64,000 nt of DNA. It comes from Acidobacteriota bacterium. Its GTDB lineage: Bacteria > Acidobacteriota > UBA890 > WLXD01. The notes beneath the pieces were generated by a model that saw only the letters and a program-made list of their open reading frames with translations, ran no database searches and was not told the DNA's origin. The position numbers and the translations under genes were made by a program. Where the stretch lies: NCBI GenBank assembly GCA_965248845.1, contig CBDFKO010000002.1, positions 2,012,564 through 2,076,563 on the forward strand, written 5' to 3'. Positions 36,247 through 46,300 of the stretch are shown piece by piece (the first letter of the stretch is position 1; every line of letters begins with the position of its first letter).

Positions 36247-38955
36247 CTAGTAGCCGGGCCCCAGCATCACGCCGTTGAGGAACAGCAGGTTGAGCCCATC
36301 GAAATAGGCGCGGAAGTTGGGGTCCTCGGCGAAGGCGATGATGTGACCGCCGCCGTGCGGCTGGTACATCAGAAAGGGCGTTCCGGCAATGGTCTCGAGC
36401 TGGTCGCGCCAGGCAACGCCAGAAACCAGGAGCTCGTCGGAGTTGGCGACATAGGTGGCGATATTGAGGCCGTCATCGATCTTGATCGGATCGTAGATGT
36501 TGCGCGACTGGGCGATGAGGTTGATGCGGTCGTCGTAGCCGAAGCCGAGCCAGTGATCGGGATCGACCTGGGCACGGAGAATCGCTCCCGGCAAGGCCGC
36601 CGGCCGCTCCTGCTCGGGATACACGCCCGCCGGCAGCCCGGCATCGGTTTGCTCGGCGCGAGTCTCTTCGGTCTCGATATCGTTGGTCTTCATACGGGTA
36701 GCGGTCGCCAACAAGCCCACGTCCTCGGCGATCAGCCACTGGGTCGCGTTGCCGAGGGCCACGAGCGTTCCCCCTGCCTGCACCCAGTCGCGGATGCGTG
36801 TGGCATCGCGCTCGCCGAGACTTGTCTCGTAGCCGCCCCCTCCGCCGAACGAAAAGGCATCGGGCAGGATCAGCACGTTGTAGTCATCGAGGTCGGCCCG
36901 GCCGAGCTGCTCGGTGCGGATGATCGTCACCGGCGTGTGGTAGGCGCTCTCGAGCAGGTAACGAGCCCATCCGGCGGAGTTGGAGCTGGTCGGACGATCC
37001 CACGCGATGGCGATCCGCGGCTTGGGCAGGTAGCGCACCCGGCCGCTGCCGAAGTTGATCCCATCGGTTACCCACGATGTGTCGGTCGGAACGAACTCGA
37101 CCCCGTGGTGCTGACCGATCATCTGGAGCTGTTGGTGTAGATCGTCGGCGTTGTCGTGCACCTTGATGATCAGGGAGCCGGGTGGATAGGTGCGCCCACC
37201 GAGGGTGAACGAGGCGCCGGCACTGTGCACCCGAATGTCGTGGTGGTGGAGCGCTGCCAGCCCCTCGGCGGCGGCCTGCGTGCCCCATGGCACCAGGTAG
37301 GCGACCGTCGCCGGCGCCTCACCGGTGACCCCGCCGCTCGAGCTCGGTGGCTCCGACAGAAGATCCCCTGCGAGCACGGCGGCATCGGTCGACGGCTCGC
37401 TGGCGGTGTAGGCCTCGATCCCGAAGAGTAGCGGCAGCGACCAACCGCTGATGTCGTAGATCTGGTCACCGAGCCGGCGCGCGAACCGGCGCTGCTGCTC
37501 CGCGATGAACTCCTCGTCCATCGGCGTCTCGGGAGCCAGCAGCACCTTGGCGGCGTGCTTTGCCGGCTGTGCCATCGATACGCGGTAGGTGCCGGCCGGG
37601 AATTCGACTCGCGCCGTTGCGCCGCCATAGTAATCCTGCACCACGTTGCCGAAGGGCTCGGTGGCGCGCGCCACCTCGATTCCCTGCGACATCAGCACGC
37701 GGACCAGCTTCGCGGCCCGACCCGGGTCGGTGCCGGGCGTCAGGATCACCTCGCGGATGGAGTCGTTGCTGCCGCTCTCGATGGCTTCGACGCCAAAGGC
37801 GTAGAAGTCGCGCAGGATCTCCTGCCGGTTCATCGCCGCCATCTCGGCGGTCGAGATCGAGGCGATGAAGTGGTGCTGGACGGTGTCGCGGTAGTGCAGA
37901 ATGGTTTCGTCGGAGCGGTCACGTGCCAGGCCGCGCGACGACGCCTCCTCGTAGGTGGCGCCGATCGCGCCCTGGTAGAAAGGCCAGCTGACGCCGTATC
38001 CAGGGTAGAAGGCGTCGAACACCTCGCGTGTGAAGTAGTCGAACCCCATACGATCGAACCAACGGGCGTTGTTTTCGCCCAGCACGCCGATCCAGCGGGC
38101 GATGTCCTCGGTCTCGTTCGGGTTGATCGGGTCGGCCTGGGGCGGGAAGTAGTAGGTCGAGTTGCCGCCCATCTCGTGCAGGTCGATGTAGATCTGCGGC
38201 ATCCACTCCCGGTACGCGGCAACCTTGCCCCGCGTCTCCGGCTGCGTCTGCGCGAACCAATCGCGGTTCAGATCGAACAGGTAGTGGTTGGTGCGGCCGC
38301 CTGGCCAGGGCTCGTTTTGCTCGACGGAGGCGAGCTGCGAGCTCGGCCACCGTCCCACCGATTGCCGGTAATGATTGACGAAGCGGTTGCGTCCGTCGGG
38401 GTTTTGCATCGGGTCGATCAGCACGACCGTGTTGGCCAGAATGCGGTCGGCCACCTCGTCGGAGCGCGCCGCGGCCAGGTGGTACATGGTGAGCAGGGCG
38501 GCGTCGGTGCTCGAGATCTCGTTGCCGTGGACACCGTAAGCCAGCCACACCAGCACCGGGTTGTCGGCGACGATTGCCTCGGCGCGGGCGCTGTCGGTGG
38601 CTCGCGGAGTGGTCAGCTCCAGATTGGCCGCGCGGATGGAGTCGATCCTCGACAGGTTGTCCTCGGACGTGACGGTCACGTACCAGAGCGGTCTACCCTC
38701 CCAGGTCTCGCCGTATCGATGCACCTGCACGCGGGGCGACGCTTGTGCCAGGGTCTGGATGTAGAGCCCCGCCTCGTCCGGCGACGTGATCTTGTCGCCC
38801 CAAACGTGACCGACGACCTGCTGGAGCGTCGGGATCGACTCGTCATACCCGGGCTGCCCGGGGTAGAAGGCGAAGTCGGCGTGCTCCGTCTGCGCCAGAC
38901 TCGGCGCAGCGTGGCTGATCAGGATGAGTAGGGCGACGGCGATCAGCTTGGGCAT
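36247..38955 (-). CDS. Secreted M14-family zinc carboxypeptidase fused to a C-terminal class-I glutamine-amidotransferase-like domain (902 aa)
   Basis: Start at MPKLIAVALLILISHAAPSLAQ (signal). M14 zinc motifs HGNE and HEMGG. C-terminal region (NVLILPDAFSFGGGGG...GGTLVALGNATQW) resembles the GATase1/DJ-1-like fold. The ORF-track N-terminal extension to 39303 was rejected. Confidence 0.85.
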   Translation of the reverse strand: MPKLIAVALLILISHAAPSLAQTEHADFAFYPGQPGYDESIPTLQQVVGHVWGDKITSPDEAGLYIQTLAQASPRVQVHRYGETWEGRPLWYVTVTSEDNLSRIDSIRAANLELTTPRATDSARAEAIVADNPVLVWLAYGVHGNEISSTDAALLTMYHLAAARSDEVADRILANTVVLIDPMQNPDGRNRFVNHYRQSVGRWPSSQLASVEQNEPWPGGRTNHYLFDLNRDWFAQTQPETRGKVAAYREWMPQIYIDLHEMGGNSTYYFPPQADPINPNETEDIARWIGVLGENNARWFDRMGFDYFTREVFDAFYPGYGVSWPFYQGAIGATYEEASSRGLARDRSDETILHYRDTVQHHFIASISTAEMAAMNRQEILRDFYAFGVEAIESGSNDSIREVILTPGTDPGRAAKLVRVLMSQGIEVARATEPFGNVVQDYYGGATARVEFPAGTYRVSMAQPAKHAAKVLLAPETPMDEEFIAEQQRRFARRLGDQIYDISGWSLPLLFGIEAYTASEPSTDAAVLAGDLLSEPPSSSGGVTGEAPATVAYLVPWGTQAAAEGLAALHHHDIRVHSAGASFTLGGRTYPPGSLIIKVHDNADDLHQQLQMIGQHHGVEFVPTDTSWVTDGINFGSGRVRYLPKPRIAIAWDRPTSSNSAGWARYLLESAYHTPVTIIRTEQLGRADLDDYNVLILPDAFSFGGGGGYETSLGERDATRIRDWVQAGGTLVALGNATQWLIAEDVGLLATATRMKTNDIETEETRAEQTDAGLPAGVYPEQERPAALPGAILRAQVDPDHWLGFGYDDRINLIAQSRNIYDPIKIDDGLNIATYVANSDELLVSGVAWRDQLETIAGTPFLMYQPHGGGHIIAFAEDPNFRAYFDGLNLLFLNGVMLGPGY

Positions 38956-39216
38956 GTCTTCCTCGAGGCGGTGATTGGCAAGGCCGTGGTAAGACTCTGA
39001 CGGACCCGGAACGCGGCCATTGTTTCCCGTGGTCGGCCCTGGCGCCAGCTGGCCGCTGGCGACCGCAGGCGGACATACCCGCCGGTCCAGGCCGCCGCTG
39101 GCCGCTGTTGGCCGATAGCTTGGACATCCGGGACAGCGATGCCGGATGTTGACCGCGAACCCGGCTAATCTGCTTCCGGGGCCGGAGTGTCCGGTCGCCG
39201 CAAGCGGTGGAGCCCA

Positions 39217-39927
39217 ATGAAGCGATTTGTGCTCGTTAGCAGCAAAGGAGGCGTCGGCAAGAGCACGGTGTCGTGTGCCCTCGCCTCGACCATGGCTCGC
39301 CACGGTCTAACGGCCGTGCTTTGCGATGGCGACTCACAGGGGAGCATCACCGACTGGTTCGATATGGGTGAGCGGCGGGGCCTCGCGGAGCTGATCGAGG
39401 GAACCTTCCACCCCATGTTCTCCACAATTCGTGTGGCGGGACACCTGCGCGTGCTGCCGACCGGCGATCGAGACCTGTTGGCGCGTTGGTCGATGCGAAC
39501 CGTGGGCGAGGTCCCACCCTACTTCCGCCGCGTGCCTGGTGACACGATGATCATCGACACCGCCGCACACTCGAACGCCTTGACGGGGGCGTTTCTCCGA
39601 CGCCTGATGCCGGACGTGATCGTTCCGGTCTCGCTGGCCGGTGGCTACCTGCCGCTCGCGGCACTCGAGCAGACGATCGCTGCGCTGGCCAAGGTCGGAC
39701 GCGAGCCCGACTACATCCTGCCGAACATGCTCGACCGCAGGACGAGCGTGAGCGAGCGCACGCTTCGGAAGCTGCAGCGGGAGTACGGCGACCTCGTGCT
39801 GCCATCCGTCCGGATCAACGCCAACCTGGTGCACACGGCGTGGAGCCATCGCCCGCCGACCGATCCGAAGACCGTCGAGGACTTGGGACGCGTGGCGGAG
39901 ATTCTCTACGCCCGCTGGGACGCCTGA
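39217..39927 (+). CDS. ParA/MinD-family P-loop ATPase (orphan)
   Basis: Deviant Walker A KGGVGKST at the N-terminus (start MKRFVLVSS, ATG 39217 with GGTGGAG upstream). Length 236 aa. Confidence 0.85.
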   Translation: MKRFVLVSSKGGVGKSTVSCALASTMARHGLTAVLCDGDSQGSITDWFDMGERRGLAELIEGTFHPMFSTIRVAGHLRVLPTGDRDLLARWSMRTVGEVPPYFRRVPGDTMIIDTAAHSNALTGAFLRRLMPDVIVPVSLAGGYLPLAALEQTIAALAKVGREPDYILPNMLDRRTSVSERTLRKLQREYGDLVLPSVRINANLVHTAWSHRPPTDPKTVEDLGRVAEILYARWDA

Positions 39928-39963
39928 TCGATGTCAGGGGTTCGCTTGCCGGCGTGGCGCCTG

Positions 39964-40452
39964 CTAGCGATTGAAAATGCGGTCGAGCAGGCTACCTGCT
40001 TGACCGCCTTTGCCCGGGCGTGAGACGCGACCTTCGAACTGGGCCCCCTCAGAGATCTGCACCACGGGCGCGGCGATGTCGCCACGCATGTTGGCCGACG
40101 GGCCGAACTCGATCCGTTCGGTGGCTCGGACGTGGCCCTTGACCCGCCCATGTACCACAATGCGCTGCCCCTCGACGCGGGCGTCGACCTGGGCCTCCTT
40201 GCCGATGATCAGAGCGCCCTGGGCGCGGATCACGCCCTTGACCCGGCCGAGGACGGTCAGATCCTCGGTGGCGGCCAGGGTGCCGTCGAAGGCGACTTCA
40301 CGGCCGAGCGTGCAGCCCTGGGCGTCCTGCTCGAGCGGCCGGGGGCCGGACTTCAATCCCTGCGGGACATTCTTGGGTTTTTCCACGGTGGTTGCCTTCT
40401 TTTTGGCTAGCCCACCCCTGGGCTGTTCACGGAATCCAGCTTCCCCTCGCAA
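39964..40452 (-). CDS. Bactofilin (DUF583) cytoskeletal protein
   Basis: Repeated beta-helical bactofilin segments (LTVLGRVKGVIRAQGALIIGKEAQVDARVEGQRIVVHGRVKGHVRATERIEFGPSANMRGDIAAPVVQISEGAQFEGRV) with disordered basic termini. Confidence 0.85.
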   Translation of the reverse strand: MRGEAGFREQPRGGLAKKKATTVEKPKNVPQGLKSGPRPLEQDAQGCTLGREVAFDGTLAATEDLTVLGRVKGVIRAQGALIIGKEAQVDARVEGQRIVVHGRVKGHVRATERIEFGPSANMRGDIAAPVVQISEGAQFEGRVSRPGKGGQAGSLLDRIFNR

Positions 40453-40908
40453 CGCATTGTAACCAGGGACGAGCCGTCAGAGTGGTGTTGCGGCCCGAGA
40501 TGGCCACGCTTGGCCACTCGAAGTTGGCTGCGGGAGCCTGTTAGCCGGGGAACGCGACGCCGGTACTCTCCAGCGGGATCTCAGCCGTTGTCGGGGGCGG
40601 GTCTGCGGGCGCGGCAATCGCAACGGGATCCGACAGCGATCCCTGCAGGGCGAAGCTCGTGAAGACGTAAGGGCGCGAAACAGCCTTCGCCACGGCCTGC
40701 TAGGTGTTGATGACCAGCCAGCCCCAGGTGAGCAAGTAAGCGAGAACGAAAAGCCTGAAGGCGTGTATTTTCTGCGTGTCCATGGGTGTTTGGATCTCCG
40801 GTCGCTGACCGGTAAGACGTCCCGGAGTTACGAAAGGTTGGCTCGCTGCGATGACGAAAGCGCCTTGCTACTCGGCGGGTGGGGATCCTCGGTGGTAGAT
40901 TCCCGCCC

Positions 40909-43593
40909 ATGAGACGTCTTCGGGTCGCCCTAACGGCCGCGCTTCTTGTCTTGCAGCCAGCGCTGTCGGCGGCGGCTGCGCCACTCCCTCAGGCTTTACC
41001 GACGCCGGAATCGGTGCTCGGGTTCCGTGTCGGCGCCGATTTTCACCTGACGACCTACGATGAGTCGCTCGCCTACTTCCAAGCGCTTGCGGCCGCGAGC
41101 GACCGGGTCCAGCTCCGCGAGGTCGGACGGACGTCGGAGGGCCGACCCTGGTTCATGGCACTCGTGTCCTCGCCCCAGAACCTGGCGCGGGTCGAGGAGT
41201 ACCGCGAGATCGCCCGCCAGCTGGCTCTGCCTCGTGGCCCCGCCGGCACCGCCCCAATGCTCACCGACGCACGGGCACGGGAGCTGGCGCGGCGCGGCAA
41301 GGCGATCGTCCACATCGACGGTGGGCTCCACGCCAGCGAGGTCGCGCACGCGCAGCACACGATCCAGCTCGCCCACGACCTGGCCGCCTCCGACGACGCG
41401 GCCACTGTGGCGATGCTCGACGAGGCGATCGTAATGCTCTGGCCATCGGTGAACCCCGACGGGCAGAACATCGTGGTCAACTGGTATCGCGGCAACGTCG
41501 GGGGCCCGTACGAGGTCTCGTCGGTGCCCTGGCTGTATCAGAAGTATGTCGGGCACGACAACAACCGCGATGCCTACATGCTCAACATGATCGAGTCGCG
41601 CGTGCTGGCGCGCACCTGGCGCGAGTGGGAGCCGCAGATCATCTACATCCATCACCAGTCCTCTCCATTCCCAACGCGCATCTGGCTGCCACCGTTCGCG
41701 GAGCCCATCGCGACGCGCGTAAACCCGCTGATGACGCGTACGGTGAACGCCGTGGGCATGTTGATCGCGCAGGCGCTCGAGGAGCGCGGCCAGGTCGGAG
41801 CGACGCACATGGGGACCGGCTTCGATGCCTGGTACCCGGGCTACATCGACTACATGCCCATGCTCCGGAATATCGCGTCGTGGTGGACCGAGACCGCGCT
41901 GTATGCCTATGCCACACCGAAGTTCTACACGCTGCGCGACTTCCCGCCGGGCCGTCGCGCCCTGCGCGCCGAGTCGCTCTACTCGAGCCCGTGGCGGGGC
42001 GGCTGGTGGCACTTGCGCGACGCGGTCGACTACATGCTGACCGCCTCGATCGCGACCATCGACTATGCCGCGAAGTATCGCGAGAACCTGCTGTACAACC
42101 GGTACCAGGCGGGTCGTGACACGATCCTCCGGGACGAGCCGCCGTACATCTACATAGTGCCGCGACAGCAGCGCGATCCCGTTACCGCGGTCGAGCTGTT
42201 GCGGCGGCTGGCATTCAATGGCGTCCGGGTTTCCAGCCTCGCCAATCCCGTGCGCTACGACGGCATCGACTATCCCGCGGGAACGTGGGCCGTACCGATG
42301 AACCAGGAGAACGCGGCTCTGGCGCTACAGGTGCTCGAGGTGCAGCACTACCCCGACCTGCGGGAGTATCCCGAGGGTCCGCCCGAACAGCCGTACGACG
42401 CGGCCGGTTGGACGCTGCCCTATCAAATGGGCGTGCGGGTCGTCGCTGGCCAGGTGCCCATCGACGAGGCGATGTGGGGTGCCCTGACCCCGTTGACCGC
42501 TACCGCCGCCGACTGGTCGGAGACGTCCGAAGCTAATCCCGAGACCGACCCGAGCCGCGACCCAGCCCGCTTCGACAGCTTGCCGGGAATCGGTTTCGAC
42601 ACCGACGCGAATGCGGCGGCCATCGTGCCGCCGGCGGGCCGGCTCACAGGCAGCGGGTCTGCGCTCGTGCTCGATCCGGCACAAAACAATGCCTACCGCG
42701 CGCTCAACCGAGCCTGGGACCTGGGCGCCCGTGTGAGCTTCACGCCGGCGCCCGAGGGTGGGCGCTATCACGTGGCCGGCCTCGCCGACGCGAGCCTGAC
42801 CGGCATCGTCGAGGATCTCGCCCTGCAGGCGGCGCGGGGTACCTCGGGCCAAGCAACGATCTCGCGCCCGCGGGTGGGCCTGTATCGGCCGTGGACCGCG
42901 AGCATGGATGAGGGATGGACACGCTGGGTTCTGGAGCGCTTCGACTTCGAGTTCGAGAGCCTGCGCAACGCCGATGTACGGGCCGGGGGCCTGCGCCAAC
43001 GCTACGATGTCATCGTCCTGCCGAGCATCTCTGCCCGCTCGATACTCAACGGCCACGCGCCAGGGACGACTCGGCCGCGATACGCGGGTGGCATCGGTGC
43101 CGAGGGGGTACGTGCTCTCGATGCGTTCGTTCGTACCGGCGGCCGGCTCGTCGCTTTCAATCAGGCGACCCGGTTCGCCATCGAGCAGCTGGGATTGCCG
43201 GTGGCCGACGCGAGCGCCGAACTGGAGCGGGATGAGTACTTCTCGGGCGTGTCGCTGCTCGAGGGACTTGTCGACATGGCCAACCCGCTGGCCGCCGGTA
43301 TGCCCGAGCGAGCCAGCTTGACGAGCAGCTTCAGCCCCATTCTCGACCCCGGTGAGGAGTTCGACGGCGAGGTGATCATCCGCTACGCCGAGGCGGGGAG
43401 CCCGCTGCTGTCGGGATACCTGCTGGGCGAGGAGCACCTGCACGGCAAGGCAGCGGCGATGCGCGTGGCTCACGGCGAGGGACACGTCGTGCTCCTCGGC
43501 TTCGCGCCGCAATGGCGCGGCCAGCCGTTCGGGACCTTCCGGATGATCTTCAACGCACTGCTGCTGCCGCCCGATCTGTTCCGCGGCGACTAG
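40909..43593 (+). CDS. Secreted M14-family zinc carboxypeptidase with C-terminal GATase1-like domain (paralog of 36247..38955)
   Basis: Start at MRRLRVALTAALLVLQPALSAAAA (signal). HASE and HDNNRD M14 motifs. C-terminal YDVIVLPSI...GGRLVAFNQATRF GATase1-like region. Same architecture as the divergent paralog. Confidence 0.85.
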   Translation: MRRLRVALTAALLVLQPALSAAAAPLPQALPTPESVLGFRVGADFHLTTYDESLAYFQALAAASDRVQLREVGRTSEGRPWFMALVSSPQNLARVEEYREIARQLALPRGPAGTAPMLTDARARELARRGKAIVHIDGGLHASEVAHAQHTIQLAHDLAASDDAATVAMLDEAIVMLWPSVNPDGQNIVVNWYRGNVGGPYEVSSVPWLYQKYVGHDNNRDAYMLNMIESRVLARTWREWEPQIIYIHHQSSPFPTRIWLPPFAEPIATRVNPLMTRTVNAVGMLIAQALEERGQVGATHMGTGFDAWYPGYIDYMPMLRNIASWWTETALYAYATPKFYTLRDFPPGRRALRAESLYSSPWRGGWWHLRDAVDYMLTASIATIDYAAKYRENLLYNRYQAGRDTILRDEPPYIYIVPRQQRDPVTAVELLRRLAFNGVRVSSLANPVRYDGIDYPAGTWAVPMNQENAALALQVLEVQHYPDLREYPEGPPEQPYDAAGWTLPYQMGVRVVAGQVPIDEAMWGALTPLTATAADWSETSEANPETDPSRDPARFDSLPGIGFDTDANAAAIVPPAGRLTGSGSALVLDPAQNNAYRALNRAWDLGARVSFTPAPEGGRYHVAGLADASLTGIVEDLALQAARGTSGQATISRPRVGLYRPWTASMDEGWTRWVLERFDFEFESLRNADVRAGGLRQRYDVIVLPSISARSILNGHAPGTTRPRYAGGIGAEGVRALDAFVRTGGRLVAFNQATRFAIEQLGLPVADASAELERDEYFSGVSLLEGLVDMANPLAAGMPERASLTSSFSPILDPGEEFDGEVIIRYAEAGSPLLSGYLLGEEHLHGKAAAMRVAHGEGHVVLLGFAPQWRGQPFGTFRMIFNALLLPPDLFRGD

Positions 43594-43604
43594 CAGGCCG
43601 CTGC

Positions 43605-44690
43605 ATGAACAGGCTTCCCCGCGAGATCCTCGAGGAGGCCTTGGGCCCGTGGGGATGGTCGAGCTCCTACGCCAGCGAGGTGGAGCCCGATTCTGATGCC
43701 TTCCCGGCCCGGGTGATCGCGCAACACCGTGGCGAGTACCGGCTCGCGTCGCTGACCGGCGAGATCACGGGCGTGGCGCCCGGCCGCATGCTGTACCGGG
43801 CCTCCGGCCTGCGCGAGCTTCCGGCCGTCGGCGACTGGGTGCTGATCCGGCCCGAGGTCGACGGGCCGGCGACGATCGTCGAGATCCTGCCGCGGCGTAC
43901 CGTGTTCGTGCGTCGCAGGGCCGGCACCGAGAGCCAGGAGCAGGTGATCGCGGCCAACGTCGATGTGGTTTTCTTGATGAGCTCGCTGAACCAGGAACTG
44001 AGCGTGCGGCGGCTCGAGCGCTATCTGGTGGCCGCCCGCGAGAGCGGCGCCCAGCCCGTCGTGCTGCTGACCAAGTCCGACCTGGTGCCGGCGCCGGAAG
44101 CCGATCTGGACGCCGTGCGCGAGGTGGCCGCCGGGGCACCGGTACACGCGGTCAGCAGCATCACCGGGGACGGGGTCGAGAACGTGCGCGGCTACCTCGC
44201 CCCCGGCCGTACGGTGGCCTTGCTCGGCTCCTCCGGCGTCGGCAAATCGACGCTGCTCAACGCGCTGGCCGGGGCCGACGTCATGGCGACCCGTGATATC
44301 CGCGCTACCGACGACAAGGGACGGCACACGACCACCCACCGCGAGATCTTCCTGCTGCCGGACGAGGCTCTGGTGCTCGATACCCCGGGCATGCGCGAGC
44401 TCGGTCTGGTCGAGGCGGAAGAGGGGATCGAGGCGACCTTCGATGACATCGAGGCGTGGACCTCGGAGTGTCGATTCCGCGACTGTCGGCATGAGAAAGA
44501 GCCCGGGTGCGCCGTTCTCGAGGCGCTCGCGGCCGGCACGCTGTCTCGTGGTCGCTGGGAGAGCTTCCAGAAGCTGCGGCGCGAGGCCGCGTACGAGCGG
44601 CGCCGCACGGACCCGGTGGAGGCAGCCAACACCAAGCGGCGGTGGAAGGCGATCCACAAGGACTTGCGCAAGACACCCAAGAAGCGCTAG
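43605..44690 (+). CDS. rsgA: Ribosome small-subunit-dependent GTPase A (RsgA/YjeQ)
   Basis: Circularly permuted GTPase motifs (LLTKSDL, GSSGVGKSTLLNAL, DTPG) and C-terminal zinc finger CRFRDCRHEKEPGC. Start at MNRLPREILEE. Confidence 0.9.
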   Translation: MNRLPREILEEALGPWGWSSSYASEVEPDSDAFPARVIAQHRGEYRLASLTGEITGVAPGRMLYRASGLRELPAVGDWVLIRPEVDGPATIVEILPRRTVFVRRRAGTESQEQVIAANVDVVFLMSSLNQELSVRRLERYLVAARESGAQPVVLLTKSDLVPAPEADLDAVREVAAGAPVHAVSSITGDGVENVRGYLAPGRTVALLGSSGVGKSTLLNALAGADVMATRDIRATDDKGRHTTTHREIFLLPDEALVLDTPGMRELGLVEAEEGIEATFDDIEAWTSECRFRDCRHEKEPGCAVLEALAAGTLSRGRWESFQKLRREAAYERRRTDPVEAANTKRRWKAIHKDLRKTPKKR

Positions 44691-44719
44691 CCAAAGCTGA
44701 TCGCATCCTGTCCGGAGGT

Positions 44720-45079
44720 GTGCCTTGGACCGGTCGAGTCGGCTGCCGAGCCCGTCCTCAGATCGGACGCGAGCGTCTCGGCTACGTCGCCCAGACCTTC
44801 TTTCTCGACGAGCTCGGGGACCTCGAGAAATCGCTCGCGGTTGTCCGGGCGATGCGAGGCCGCTGGTCAGAGAGACTGGCCAACTTCGAGCGGCTGGAGG
44901 CAGAGATCCTGGCCCTGGCCGGGTCCCCGGACAACCTGCCCGCCCCGGAGTTTCACCGCTACGCCGCCCTGCGAATGGGGCTGCACCAGATCCGCGCCAA
45001 GTTGGCCTGGTGTGACGAGACAATCGGTCGCCTGCAATCTCGCGTCGGCGAGCGGGCGCCGGCAATCGCGGAGCAATGA
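44720..45079 (+). CDS. Hypothetical small protein (start uncertain: GTG 44720, or internal ATG giving ~73 aa)
   Basis: GC3-rich frame whose TGA overlaps the ATG of the downstream membrane-protein gene (ATGA coupling). Confidence 0.35.
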   Translation: MPWTGRVGCRARPQIGRERLGYVAQTFFLDELGDLEKSLAVVRAMRGRWSERLANFERLEAEILALAGSPDNLPAPEFHRYAALRMGLHQIRAKLAWCDETIGRLQSRVGERAPAIAEQ

Positions 45080-45837
45080 GCATGGACACCGTCTTCGAGA
45101 TCAACCGCTGGTTCCACATGATCGTCGGATTCGTCGGCCTGGCGGCTTGGTGGATACCGCTCACCACAAAGAAGGGCGGAGCGCGGCACGTGCTGTTCGG
45201 AAAGGTGTTCGCCGCGTCGGCCTATGTCATCGGCACCACGGCGCTGATCGGTGCGCTCGGCCGGCTCGGTTGGGCGCTTTGGCGCGGCGCCGATCCGGCG
45301 GCGAACGTCGAGACGTTCGGATTCCTGATCTTCCTGGCCTATTTGGGCGTGTTGGCCCTGACGATCACACACTACGCCGTCCGTACCATCCGGACGCGAC
45401 GCGACCGGGCGGCGATCCGCACTCGGTTCATGCTCGGCATTACCTGGCTGATGATGGTTGGCAGCGGCATCGTGGCCGGCTACGCCCTGCTGCGATGGTC
45501 GGGCGTGTCGATTGTACTGCTGGCGCTCAGCCCGATCGGCGTGCTCGCCGGCAGCGGCATGCTGCGGTACATGAATGGCCGCAAGACCGAGAAGATGGCG
45601 TGGTGGTACGAACACATGGGCGCCATGCTCGGAGCCGGCATTGCTTACCACACCGCATTCCTGGTATTCGGCTCCCGCGTGGTGCTGGACCTGTCGATCC
45701 TGGGCCCCTTCAACTGGGTTCCCTGGGTGGCGCCGGCGATCATCGGTACCGTCGGGGGGCGCTACTGGGAGAGCTACTACCGGCGCAAGTTCGGCGATCT
45801 TCCGGCCAGCGGAGACGAGGCACAGGCGAGCGCCTGA
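45076..45837 (+). CDS. Hypothetical polytopic membrane protein (253 aa)
   Basis: Six to seven hydrophobic helices, GC3-rich, coupled to the upstream small ORF. Confidence 0.6.
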   Translation: MSMDTVFEINRWFHMIVGFVGLAAWWIPLTTKKGGARHVLFGKVFAASAYVIGTTALIGALGRLGWALWRGADPAANVETFGFLIFLAYLGVLALTITHYAVRTIRTRRDRAAIRTRFMLGITWLMMVGSGIVAGYALLRWSGVSIVLLALSPIGVLAGSGMLRYMNGRKTEKMAWWYEHMGAMLGAGIAYHTAFLVFGSRVVLDLSILGPFNWVPWVAPAIIGTVGGRYWESYYRRKFGDLPASGDEAQASA

Positions 45838-45889
45838 AGGCAGGAGCGCGGCGGCCTGAATGTGTCCGATCTCCAGCGGTGAGATCGCC

Positions 45890-46300
45890 CTAGCCGTTCA
45901 CATGGGGGCGCACCGCATCCACGGTAGCGCGCGCGCCGTTTCGGGCGCGCTCGGCATCGGCCCGCTGGTAGAAGCCGCTCGGTGTCAGGTCTTCAGCACC
46001 ATAGAAGGCCAGCTCGCGATCGCGACGCAGGTCCTTGGAGATGGCGGTGAGCTCGTCGAGCCGTTGGCGCACCGGCTGCGGCAGGCGATCACGCTCGGCT
46101 TCGAGGATGTCGGACACGTCGTGAACCCGTGGCGGGATCACACCGACAGAGCGCAAGAGCCCTTTAAGCGCCAGCTCGACGATCTCCTGAGACTCGCGGA
46201 CAACATCGGCCCAGCTACAGGCGTCGAACAACACGTCGAGGGCGGCGACTCGCGCCTCGGCTCGATATACGTAGTCTTGGGCGAGGCTGCGGCTGCGCAT
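45890..46300 (-). CDS. HEPN-domain protein (toxin-like partner of the MNT gene)
   Basis: Start MRSRSLAQDY (ATG 46300..46298), overlapping the MNT stop by 1 nt. All-alpha HEPN-like sequence (ARVAALDVLFDACSWADVVRESQEIVELALKGLL). Confidence 0.7.
   Translation of the reverse strand: MRSRSLAQDYVYRAEARVAALDVLFDACSWADVVRESQEIVELALKGLLRSVGVIPPRVHDVSDILEAERDRLPQPVRQRLDELTAISKDLRRDRELAFYGAEDLTPSGFYQRADAERARNGARATVDAVRPHVNG

Noticed and set aside
40700-40782. Small hydrophobic ORF (MDTQKIHAFRLFVLL...) in the long intergenic region
   Set aside because: On careful re-translation it does not end at the stop I first assumed and lacks a convincing RBS. Kept only as part of the intergenic-region observation.
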